In this document: positions 47,204-57,700 of the stretch, one piece after another
How the letters are laid out: each line of letters opens with the position of its first letter
Numbering within the stretch: the stretch's first letter is position 1
Source: an uncultured bacterium
GTDB lineage: Bacteria > Patescibacteriota > Saccharimonadia > UBA4664
DNA length: 64,000 nucleotides
Assembly (NCBI GenBank): GCA_963720265.1
Contig: CAVRET010000002.1
Location: 750,069 to 814,068, forward strand
Direction: 5' to 3'
Position numbers and translations under genes: made by a program
Notes under the pieces: model-generated
Databases searched by the model: none
What the model was told of the DNA's origin: nothing
What the model saw: the letters and a program-made list of their open reading frames with translations, nothing else

Positions 47204-47382
47204 ATGACCTACAAAAAGCAAAGATCACAATTCATGTCTCCGTCCAGGCACTTGCCGCAGCCGCGGTAATTCTAGGGTCGGTCCTTATATCAAAGGACAA
47301 ACTTACTGTTGCGGCATCCGAAATCCTGCTGCTGGTCGTGCTGTACGGTAGTTCCCGGGGCAGGCAAAGAAAAACCAAGTAG
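47204..47382 (+). pseudogene. small two-TM ORF needing a -1 shift at C-AAA-AAG
   Basis: ATG frame stops after 21 aa; the -1 frame reads KAKITIHVSVQALAAAAVILGSVLISKDKLTVAASEILLLVVLYGSSRGRQRKTK*. Confidence 0.35.
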
Positions 47383-47423
47383 CCATTGCCGGATTCAAAA
47401 AGGGATCAATTACAGGGTTTTCA

Positions 47424-50400
47424 CTACTGCGTCACAAAGTAGCTGTATTTGTAGGTAGTAGCACCAGACAAGTTGTTGCTGTTGGTTTCAAGGCTAAAGC
47501 CCGTGGTTGACGGCGACGTGTAATACTGCAGCGCCGAACCATTGGCTGCGGCCGGCGTCAGTACCACGTTGGGTGTAGCACCAAACACATTGGAAAACGT
47601 AATATCAGCCAAATCACCGGCCGCCGAGCATGGCCCCGCACCGGTCGTAATAGTAATCGTGCCGCTGGTATCATCGCCGGTCACACTCACACTGGCAGTC
47701 CCGCTGCAATTCGCCGCCGCTCCGGCCGCAATGCCGGGCGTGCTGCCGCCGGTAATAATATGGCCGTCAACCGTTAGGTTGGCCGTCACCACGAGCGAGC
47801 TGACCGTAACCGTCATGGTCGTGGTATCGGCTGTCAGCACTGCTGCGCCCATTTGATTTTGAACCTGGAAAGCCGAGGTCGAATCAGTCGGAGTTTTAAT
47901 GAGCGTTTGCCCCAGCCCACTCACCTCAAACACGGATTGATCCGCGGCGTTGCGAATCATTACTCCCTCATCCGCGGTGTTCTGCACCGTCAGCACCGTA
48001 GCCGATTTTGTCACAATGTTGGCCCCAGTCACGTTCGACCCTTCGCGGCCGATTGTCCAAGCTGTATCCGACGGCCCGTTAAGGTAAATCGCCTGGTTGT
48101 TATCCAGCGAAACGTTGCCGTTTGCGATCTGCAAAGCTTGCTGCGGCGCCGACGTGCCGATACCAACATTGCCGCTGCGGTCAATTACCAGGCTGTCGCT
48201 TAGGCTATCGGTCGTAGAATCTGCCACCGGATTAATCGGCACACCAATGTCGGCCCAATCGGCGGTATCAACAAACCAGCTCATATCAACATTACCGCCG
48301 GTGCCGGGCGCATCAGCGCCGCCCTCGCCGTACACCGACGATGTATTTGGCAGGTACCACATTTGGCTCTGAGTGTCGGCGCTGTAGAGGCTGCTATTGT
48401 TGTTCGTCACACCAATCGCATCGACTACCAATTGCGATGTGCTGGTCGTGGGCACCAAAAGATTCGTTGCCTGGTAACCGGTTGTGGTACCGCTAGCCGT
48501 GGCAAACGTGCCCAGCGGCGTGGTTTGATCAACGTTGTAGAACGTGGCCGCACCAATCGAGCCGGTGCCGGCTGAACTCATGGTGGCAACGATATCATAG
48601 CTACCACTCGGCGGATTCAAAAGGTACCACAGCTCAACATGCGCGCCCACCGGATCAACCACCTGCGGCGAGTTTTTGGCTGCAATCTGCGTCAGCGCCA
48701 AGCCGTTATAGGTGACCGCGGTGAATGTGCGCTGCTGATTCGTCTCAACTTGCACTAGCATCAACCGGTTACTTTCGGAGCCGGTTGTAAAGCCGCTTAG
48801 GGTAACCGTGCTGCTGCCAAAGCTTGCAATCTCCCCCGTGTTATCAACGGTTACCGCGCTAGCGCCGGGCTTAGCGGTCCGGAAGATAAACGAGCCCGAG
48901 CCGGCAGCACCAGTGCCGTTAGAAGCGTCGAATGTAATATTGCCGCCACTGGCGTTGGTGCCCGTCGCCTCCCCACCGCGCACGGTCAAATCTTGCGGCG
49001 TTCCATCTTGCCCCAAAATAATCGCCATATCGGTCGTATCTGCGGAAATAAGCGACGCTCCGGCGGCATTCTGGATCGCAAAGGCGTCCGTTGAATCGGC
49101 CGGATCCTTAAACACTGCCGAACCCTCAACGTCTAAGTTGGCACTTGGCGTGGTGGTACCGATGCCAACCGATGCGGTGCTACCGGTAAAGAAGCCGGAG
49201 TCGGCAGCCAGCGTCTGAGACTGGATGGAATTGAGCGCAGTTGGTATGACTGCTACTTCGGCGATTTCGCCGGTAAACGGACCGTTAAAGGGGTCGTCGC
49301 CAATATACCACGAGCCCGTGTAGCTCTGAGGTGTATTGTACGAAGGGTTCGAGGCTACCAATTGGCCGTCTACGTAGAGATACATGCCGGCGCTGGACAC
49401 GCTGGCAACCGCGATATGCCAACTGCCGTCATTGACGGCCGCCGAACTTGTAATTACTTCGTTGCCAAGAATGTTGTTATAAATGCGGAAATTCAACTTG
49501 CCGCTGCCGTCAATAAAGAGTTCCCTATCATGTGCAGCGCCGCCAACGCCGCCGATCAGCTCGCCCTCGTTAGTGGTATTAAACATTACGACCTGGCTAA
49601 ACGTTGTCGGCAGGGTTGCGGAATTCGCCGTCGTAATTTCACTCGGGCTGGCTGAATTAAATGCCATCGCTGGTTGTGTATTGTCGCACGAGAATGGGCC
49701 CGGGGTCTGGTTCGTGGTGACATTCGAGAGCGTGCCGGTGTTGTTATTGCCCGAGCTGTCGGCTCCCGTAGCACCGGTATCATCAAGCTTCCAATACGCG
49801 TCAGGCGCAAAACTGTCCACATAGTTCTCATAAGTGGAGACTCCACAGTTGGTGGGTGCGTTAACAGTTAGGGTGCCGTTACCCGAATCAAAGTTTAGCG
49901 ACGGATTACCGCTGGCATTTTGAACCTGGAAAGCCGAAGACGAATCAGTGCCGGGCTGAACGATCACGCTTCCACCCGCGCCGGTCCCGGCAGCGGCCCC
50001 GCTTTGCAATACCAAGTTGCCGCCGTTGCCATTGCCGCCGGCGTTCCCGGCCGCAATCGTCAAATCACCGCCAGTCCCACCGGAGCCGGCAATCTTCCAA
50101 GTCGAACTGGTAGCGGCTGTAATGTCGAGCGCGCCGGTGGTAGTGGTGTAACTAGCGCCGCCGGACGTAGCGGCAATATTTGCACCGCTAATGTTAATAA
50201 AACCACTGCCGCCACTGATGTTCACGCCGCCGCCATAAATCGAGGTCGGCGCGAGCATTGCGGAGTTGCCAATAGTTATTTCTTGCGCGTTCGTGGCGCC
50301 CAGGTCGAGCGCTGCCGTCGCCGAAGACGAACTAAGATCAGTAATCGTAACGTCATCAATGTAGTGCACCTCCCCAATAGTCTGGGCGTCGTTGGCTGAG

Positions 50401-51752
50401 AAGTAATAGCCCATCTCCGTTGCACCCACCGGCGCCGTTAATACGCCTACGACTTTGCGCCAACCGGTTGAAATATCCGTAACCGTCCCGAAGTCCTGCG
50501 TCGAAATTGCGCCGCCGCCGTAATATCCGTTACTTGACCATGTCACTCCGGCGGTGATGTTGTCCGAGTTTGTGGCCGCCCGCACCCAAGCCTCAACGGC
50601 GTAGGTATGGCCCTGGGTAACCGGAATAATCATTGGTGGATTTGTTATACCGTCTGCGGTTTCCCATCTCGGAAAGTAGTTGCTGCCAACGGCGATTGAC
50701 AAGCTGTGGGTACCGCTGTGGGCCTGGGCATTCGTTTGGGTTATAACCGAATTGTCGCCAAAGATGCCGTCGCCCATGTTGTCAATGCCGTCCTCGAATG
50801 TCTTATCGTCGATCAAGGTGCCTGATAGCACGCTATTTCCGGTATCAATTGAGACATTGCCGGCCGCTGTCGTGGACGAATCTCCGGACTGGAGGGTAAT
50901 ATTACCGCTCGAGCCGGTGCTGCTGCCGGTGATAATGGCGACATCTCCGGTACCACCTTGCAACAATGCGGCACTGGCACCCTCGGCTGAACCCAAACTC
51001 ACATTTTCCACGCCGTTGCCGGTACTCAGGTTGTTGCCGCTTTGAGTCACCATTGAGCTGCCAAGCGTCGTGGCATCGGTGAAGTAGGCGAGTGATCCCG
51101 CGGTTCCGCCCACGGCCGCCACTCCGCCGCCCGCGCTGTTAGTTACGTTCGTAACATCGGTAAGATTGGTGACGTTTGTGGTATTGCCGGCCTGGTTCGT
51201 TACATTTGTGACATTGTTGGTCACATTACCGCCGCCCAGCAGATTTAAGAACTGCTTACCGTTGTAATACTCCAGTACGTTACCGGTCTGATCATAATAC
51301 AGCTCACCGGCGACCGCCGAGGTCGGCTGCGAGCTCGGTACAAGCACGATCGGGCCGGTGACGTTAAGCTGGCCGTTGACAGTCAACTGCCGGCCGCCAG
51401 CTGTCTGCCCGGCTGCCAGCGACTGGCTAACGTCTGCCAGTGGCACTGATTGCGAGGTCGGCAATTGGGCAAGCAGCGCCGAGCTGGCCGCCGGCGGATT
51501 GTTCGCCGCTGAGGCCACAAAATACACGCCGGCCCCAAACGCCGCAATGATGAGCGCAAACCCGGCCATGCGCTGAAGTGACATGAACGGCTTTTTGTCG
51601 CTCGGCCGGGGTGGTTGCGGGCTTGGGTGCGTCTCATCGGCTGACTGCACCGGTGTCGCCTCTGGCACGGCCTGTAGATTCTCCGGCTTCTCATACGTTG
51701 CGTCATGGTTGAGATCAATTGGCTGGTTTGAGCCTGGGGTAATATCGTTCAT
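47424..51752 (-). CDS. giant N-anchored surface protein (CBM4/9-like, LamG, DSTxAFQVQ repeats)
   Basis: N-terminal TM; AHSGTHSL CBM; PDAYWKLDD...NDGSWH...LYVDG LamG; ATGA overlap with the upstream paralog. Confidence 0.85.
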   Translation of the reverse strand: MNDITPGSNQPIDLNHDATYEKPENLQAVPEATPVQSADETHPSPQPPRPSDKKPFMSLQRMAGFALIIAAFGAGVYFVASAANNPPAASSALLAQLPTSQSVPLADVSQSLAAGQTAGGRQLTVNGQLNVTGPIVLVPSSQPTSAVAGELYYDQTGNVLEYYNGKQFLNLLGGGNVTNNVTNVTNQAGNTTNVTNLTDVTNVTNSAGGGVAAVGGTAGSLAYFTDATTLGSSMVTQSGNNLSTGNGVENVSLGSAEGASAALLQGGTGDVAIITGSSTGSSGNITLQSGDSSTTAAGNVSIDTGNSVLSGTLIDDKTFEDGIDNMGDGIFGDNSVITQTNAQAHSGTHSLSIAVGSNYFPRWETADGITNPPMIIPVTQGHTYAVEAWVRAATNSDNITAGVTWSSNGYYGGGAISTQDFGTVTDISTGWRKVVGVLTAPVGATEMGYYFSANDAQTIGEVHYIDDVTITDLSSSSATAALDLGATNAQEITIGNSAMLAPTSIYGGGVNISGGSGFINISGANIAATSGGASYTTTTGALDITAATSSTWKIAGSGGTGGDLTIAAGNAGGNGNGGNLVLQSGAAAGTGAGGSVIVQPGTDSSSAFQVQNASGNPSLNFDSGNGTLTVNAPTNCGVSTYENYVDSFAPDAYWKLDDTGATGADSSGNNNTGTLSNVTTNQTPGPFSCDNTQPAMAFNSASPSEITTANSATLPTTFSQVVMFNTTNEGELIGGVGGAAHDRELFIDGSGKLNFRIYNNILGNEVITSSAAVNDGSWHIAVASVSSAGMYLYVDGQLVASNPSYNTPQSYTGSWYIGDDPFNGPFTGEIAEVAVIPTALNSIQSQTLAADSGFFTGSTASVGIGTTTPSANLDVEGSAVFKDPADSTDAFAIQNAAGASLISADTTDMAIILGQDGTPQDLTVRGGEATGTNASGGNITFDASNGTGAAGSGSFIFRTAKPGASAVTVDNTGEIASFGSSTVTLSGFTTGSESNRLMLVQVETNQQRTFTAVTYNGLALTQIAAKNSPQVVDPVGAHVELWYLLNPPSGSYDIVATMSSAGTGSIGAATFYNVDQTTPLGTFATASGTTTGYQATNLLVPTTSTSQLVVDAIGVTNNNSSLYSADTQSQMWYLPNTSSVYGEGGADAPGTGGNVDMSWFVDTADWADIGVPINPVADSTTDSLSDSLVIDRSGNVGIGTSAPQQALQIANGNVSLDNNQAIYLNGPSDTAWTIGREGSNVTGANIVTKSATVLTVQNTADEGVMIRNAADQSVFEVSGLGQTLIKTPTDSTSAFQVQNQMGAAVLTADTTTMTVTVSSLVVTANLTVDGHIITGGSTPGIAAGAAANCSGTASVSVTGDDTSGTITITTGAGPCSAAGDLADITFSNVFGATPNVVLTPAAANGSALQYYTSPSTTGFSLETNSNNLSGATTYKYSYFVTQ

Positions 51753-54700
51753 TGTGCCACCCAATAGTTCCATTCATAGGTCGACGTATTCGACGGAGTT
51801 GTGCCGGTGCCAAGGTCAAAACTGGTGGGGGAAACAGTACTGTCGTCAACGTATGCGTTAAGTGCTGCGGCATTAGATCCGCCGGCCGTCAGCGTTACGT
51901 GCGGCGCAGCGCCAAACGCTGTCGCAAACGTGATGGTGGCAAGCTTCCCGCTGGCGGAGCAGCCCGACCCGGTCGTAATCGTAATGGTACCGCTCGTGTC
52001 ATCGCCGGCTACACTCACGGTTGGGCTGGTGCAAGCAGCGGTCCCGGCCGCAATCCCGGGCGTGCTCCCGCCGGTAATCACGTGACCGTCCACCGTTAGG
52101 TCGGCCGAAACGGTGAGCGCCGTCACGGTCACGATCATGTGAGTCGTGTCGGCGGTCAGCAACGGGGTATTGCCGGTATTCTGTACCACAAAGGCCGTCG
52201 CTGAATCGCTAGAGTTTTGGAACGTAGTCGCGCCGTTGCCGTCGATTGACACCACCGGAGTACCACCGTTGTTTTCGATCTGAAGCGTCTCAAACGGAGA
52301 GCTCGTCGATGCCACGTTTTGCAGCGTGAAGCTGTCGTACGCTGTCGCTGAGCCGTTCCAGTAATTACTCAAAAGCTGCAGGCCGTCAGAGTTTGCTGTC
52401 GGCACGAAAGAAGTGGCATTGGTGGGTGCTTGTAATTGCACGTCATGATCAACAGTGTCGACGTCAAATTCGGGTGCACCACCGCTGTCCATAACCCCGA
52501 ACGCGCCGAGTGAATTAACATACCCGACGCTCGTAGTGCCTGATACTTGTAGTGCGGAAACGGTCGGCGCGGTGTCGATACCCACCCGGCCATTAACCGT
52601 GTCCACGTCAATGACATCTGAGCCGGTGGCATCTTGCACCTGGAACGCAGATGTGGAATCAGTGCTATTTTGTAGGGTCGCTGCGCCGCTGGTCGTCAGG
52701 TTGAAGAGCGAACCGTGGAAGATGTCGCTCGTGCCACTGTACGAGCCGTAGATCGCCAAGTGGTAGTTGCCGTTGCCGTCATCGGTGCCGTTGCCAAACC
52801 AACTCGCATTCCAGGTACCAGGGGTTACACTGCCCTGGAAAAAGTCGGAGCCGCTGCCATCACACGTCGCGTAAAATACATCGCCTGAGCTCGACGTTCC
52901 GATGACCAGCCAGTAATTGGTACCGACCGTAACATTGAGCGGAGTATCGAGCGTAATATTGTTCCAGTTTGGACTGCCAGGCGACGGCGCAGTGATTGTC
53001 TGTGTGCCGGTGTGTTGGTCGAGGAGGGTTCCTGGCGTGCCCGCATTATCGCTGTAGATAGCCACGGAAAACGGGTCCCCGCCGCCGCTGTCAAACGCCA
53101 CGTTAAGCGACGTCAGCGTGCCGTTGGCCTGGGCCGTATACTGTGTTGTCTGGTCCTCGTTAGAGTTACTGTCATTGCACGAATTCGTCATACTGGCGAG
53201 ATTGTTGCCAATCACAACCGCTTGCTGAGCCGTTGCTGCTGAGTTGATGTTAAATGAATCGCCGGCATTTGGATTCACGCCCTCGTAGAAACTCGTGTTG
53301 GCATCAGCCAGTTGAATCGACGAATCGCCCGACCCCGCCTGCTGCACCGTTAGCTGCGAGGCGGTCGTAGTGTCGTTGTTGGACTGGACAACGACGCCGG
53401 TATTGCCCGAGGCCGCGCCGAGCGTGACCGTCTGGTTTGTTCCGTCCACCGAGATTAGGTTCACCCCGGCGGCAGTCTGCACCTGGAATGCGGTGCTGGT
53501 ATTGTTGGGGTCACGGAATAGCGCCGTACCTTCGTCGTCAATGTTGGCCTGCGGAGAAGTCGTGCCAACACCGATTGACGCCAGCTCAGCGTTATACACG
53601 CCCGCATCTGTCGCCAGCGTCTGAATCTGCGGTGCTGTAACAACCGAAAGCGAAACGGCAGCCTGCGAGATCTCGCCGTCAAAAGCGGTATTGCTCATAT
53701 TGGGCCAACTGGCGCCAAAGGAATTGCCGATCCACCAAGTGCCGTTGGTGTAGTCGGCCGGGTTATTGTAGCCGGGATTTGCCCCCACCAGCCGGCCGTC
53801 TAGGTATAAGAACAAGCCGCTGCTTGATTCAGTCACGACCGCCATGTGCCAATTGCCGTCTGCCACCGAGCCCGCACTTGATATTACCTGTACGCCCTGG
53901 CCGTTGTTGAAAATCCCTGCATACAGCCGGCCGTCTGTGCCGACGTACATCTCACGGTCCCAAGACGTTACGTTATCGCTAAACGATTCCAACACGCCGC
54001 TTCCGCCGTTGGTCTTAAACAATGCGATCTCGCTGTAGACATTCGGCGAATTGATTGCGTTTGGTGTGGTAATTTGGCTGTTGCTGGCGCTACTAAACAA
54101 CATCGCTGGATGGCTTGGGGCGCACGTGAATGCACCCGGTGTCTGGTCGGGCGTCACATTGGAAAGCGTGCCGTCGTTGCCGTTGCCGGAACTATCGACC
54201 GCGGTCGAGCCGGTGTCCTCCAGCTTCCAGTACGATGCCGGGCTCAAGCCGTTCATAGCGCTTACATAATCCGAATAATCACACCCGGCAGTATTATTAA
54301 CGATTAAATTACCGGTGTCATTTATGTCGTCGTTTGCCGTATCGGCCGTAAACAACGCATTGCCGGCAGCGTCCTGAATCTGGAAAGCTTGGGTTGAATC
54401 AGATGCATCTTGGAAATTGGCATCCCCACCAACATCTAGCGTATGGGTCGGATTCGAAGTGCCGACGCCGACGCCGTTGCTTCCGATAACCAGGCTATCA
54501 CTCAACGTGTCGGTTATAGAGTTAGAAGTCGGGTTAATTGGTACGCCAATGTCCGCCCAGTCGGCGTTGTTAACCGACCAGTTCATGTTGACCGTGCCAC
54601 CAGTACCAGGAGCATACGACCCGGCCGCCGGCCAATTGCCGCCGGACGGCGGTTGGTTCCAGATCTGAGTCTGGCCCGGGTTGACCGTCGGGTCATCGCC

Positions 54701-57700
54701 GTCTGTCCCAATGCCATCAACTACCAGCTGGGCCGCGCTGGTTGTCACAACATTAAGGCTCGTCGACTGCAATCCCGTGGTCGTGCCGCTGGCAGTCGCA
54801 ACCGTACCAAACGGCGTGGTTTGGTCCACATTGTAGTACGACGATGCACCGATCAGCATACCGGTACAGTTCGGAATGTTGGCCAATACGTCATGAGTGC
54901 CCGAGGGCGGGTTGAGCAGGTACCACATCTCAACATCAACCGAGTTATCCTTAACAGCCAATTGCGTCAGCGGGAAGCCATCGTAGCTGACCGAGGTATA
55001 GTTCACATCCGAGATGACCGTGACGACAAGCACACGGTTGGACTGGCTGCCCGTGGTAAAGCTCAATTTGGCCTCACCACAGTTGCCGTCGTCGCCAATC
55101 TCGTTGCCCGTGTTATCCAATGTCACTGCACTCCCGCTGGGCTTGGCCGTCCGGAATATAAATGAGCCCGACCCGCCGGCACCGGTGCCGTTCGAAGCAT
55201 CGAATGTAATGTTGGCACCGCTGGCGTTGGTGCCGGTGGCCGCCCCGCCCCTCACCGTGAGGTCGGTCGGCGTGTCGTCTTGACCAAACACAATAGCATT
55301 GTTTGTGGTGTCGGCGGTGAGCAATGAATTACCGGCAGAGTCTTGGATCTGGAAAGCAGTGGGTGAGTCAGTGGTGGACTGGACAAGATCAACGCTACCC
55401 AAATACTGAGTCACGCCGGATCCCTGAAAGGTGAGCAGGCCGCCACCGGTATTGCCGACGGTGACATCGTTGGCGTTCGCGGTACCGATGTCGACATTGG
55501 CGTTAGTATCCGCAAGAACGTCGATCCCGGCGCCGCCCCCCAGCAGGGATGTCAGGCCGGCTTGCTGATAGTTACCGATATTGATTGCCTGGGCGTTAGT
55601 AGCGCCGATATTTATGCTGGGCGAAGCAACAGTGGAAAGATCGGTGACGGTGGCGTCGTCAATGTACTGAATTTGGCCGTTTGTGCCATTGGACGCTGCA
55701 AACTGGAGGTCCATTTGCTCGTTTGGATGGCCGGGATTGACGGCCGGCGCCACGACATTACCGAAAAGATGGGTCCAGCCGGTAGTGGTGTCGGTGGCCG
55801 ACGCCCACGTTGTGGTGCCTGCCTGGCCATTCCACCATTGCACCTGGCCACTAATGGTCTCGGCAACGGTGTCGGCTCGAATCCAAGCAGACAGGGCGTA
55901 GATGTGACCTGGGGTCACCGTAGGTCCGAGTCCGCCCCCTTGTGTGGTGGCCCAGAGTCCTGAGCCTTGCTCAGTTACAGCGAGGCTGTGAGTACCGCCG
56001 TGGGCCTGGGCGGTGGATTGAGCGACCGACACATTAATGTAGTTGCCGAAGTTCTCGGTACTGCTCTCAAAGGTAAAGTCGCTGATTTGGGTGCCACTGG
56101 GAGTGTTGGCTCCGTTGTCGATGGTGACATTGCCGGAGTTGCCGGTGGATGAATCTCCGGTCTGGATGCCGATCCCGGCAGTGGTGCCGGTACCCGAGCC
56201 GGTGTTAATGGCAACGCCACCGGTACCGCCTTGAATCGTCACGCCGCCGGAACCGGCGTAAATTGAAGTGGTCGCAGCCCCATTAGTCGTACCAAGGGTA
56301 ACCGCTGAGTTGGTGGAGTCGACGCTGAGGAGTGTGTTACTGCCGGAGGCATTTTTAACCTGGAAAGCGCTTGTTGAATCAGAGGTCGGCTGGACAGTGA
56401 TGCTCGAGCCGGTATCAGTGATAGACGAATCGCCAACCGTCGTGCCCGAGCCGGTAAATTTGGCTAGCTTGTCGGCCGTGCCCGAGCCGCCGACCCCTCC
56501 ACCACCTCCGCCGATACTACAATTGCCGAGAGTAAACAAACATACCGTATCAGTCGTGCCACCTGGAATCGACGGGAACTGAATGGTAGCATTGCCGGTG
56601 CTGCTCGGGCTCAAACCCTGCAAAGCCACGGTTTGCGTCGTGCCTGCGTTGGCCAATGTAAGTTGTCCGGCCAAGCTCCCGGGAGTGCCAAGCACAACCT
56701 GGTCGGCGTTCGTATCCACGGTAAAAACACTATTCCCGGACGCATCCTGCACCTGAAATGCCTGGCTCGTATCAGTTGGATCCTGAAAAACCGCTGCTCC
56801 ATCCTGTGTCAGCGTGCCCGACGGTCCGATAATCGTCGCCGGGCCGTTGGTGGTGTAGCTGGCATACATCGAGTACAACGAGCCGGTAGACACTGAGCCG
56901 GACGGATACGTGGCCGGTAAGCCGTTGTCTGGGCCGCTTTGCCACGTGTTCGCGACCCCATCGACTGTGGCCGACGGGAAGCCGTTTGAGTAGGTGATGG
57001 TGTCGTTCCCATTGGCCCAAAACACTAACCAATAACTCGTGTTCGCGAGCACATTCACCGGGCTGGTCAGGCTCAACGTGTTCCAGCCCGACGGTGAAGT
57101 CAGCGTACCGATGCCGGTTGAACCGACGTAATTGCCGGGTACGCCGCCGTTATCGTCATAAATCGCGAGCTGATATTGATTGTTGGGTGACACCGTTTGG
57201 CCGACGCCAATGTAAACTGACATCGAGCCCAGCGTACCGGCCACGCCGGTGGTAAACTTAAATGCCGCTAGCGTTCCCGGAGTAATGGCCGACCCGACGT
57301 TGGATCCTTCGCTGGTGCTGCCCAGTGCCCCGCCCGCGCCCACGCCTAAGCTTACCTCGCGGTCGGTTGAATCAGCTGTTAGCAAATTAATCCCGCCCGC
57401 CGACTGCACTTGGAAATCGGTCGTCGTATCCGACTGTGGCTTCACAATCACACCCCCGGCGGTCCCGCCCCCGGCGCCGAGCGTAAGCGAACCGCTCGTG
57501 GTACTAAAGCTTGACGCTCCTGAACCGTCCACGGTAATCGCGCCGCCGTTCACGTCAATGTTCGCAGTCCCCGCGTTAAGGTTAATACCGCTGCCGCCGT
57601 CAATCGTTGTTGGCGCAACCTCGTTCATGTTCCCGATCGACACCACCTGAGCATTGTTCGCACCCAAATCAAGCTCAGACGAAGATGACCCCGAGCTAAG

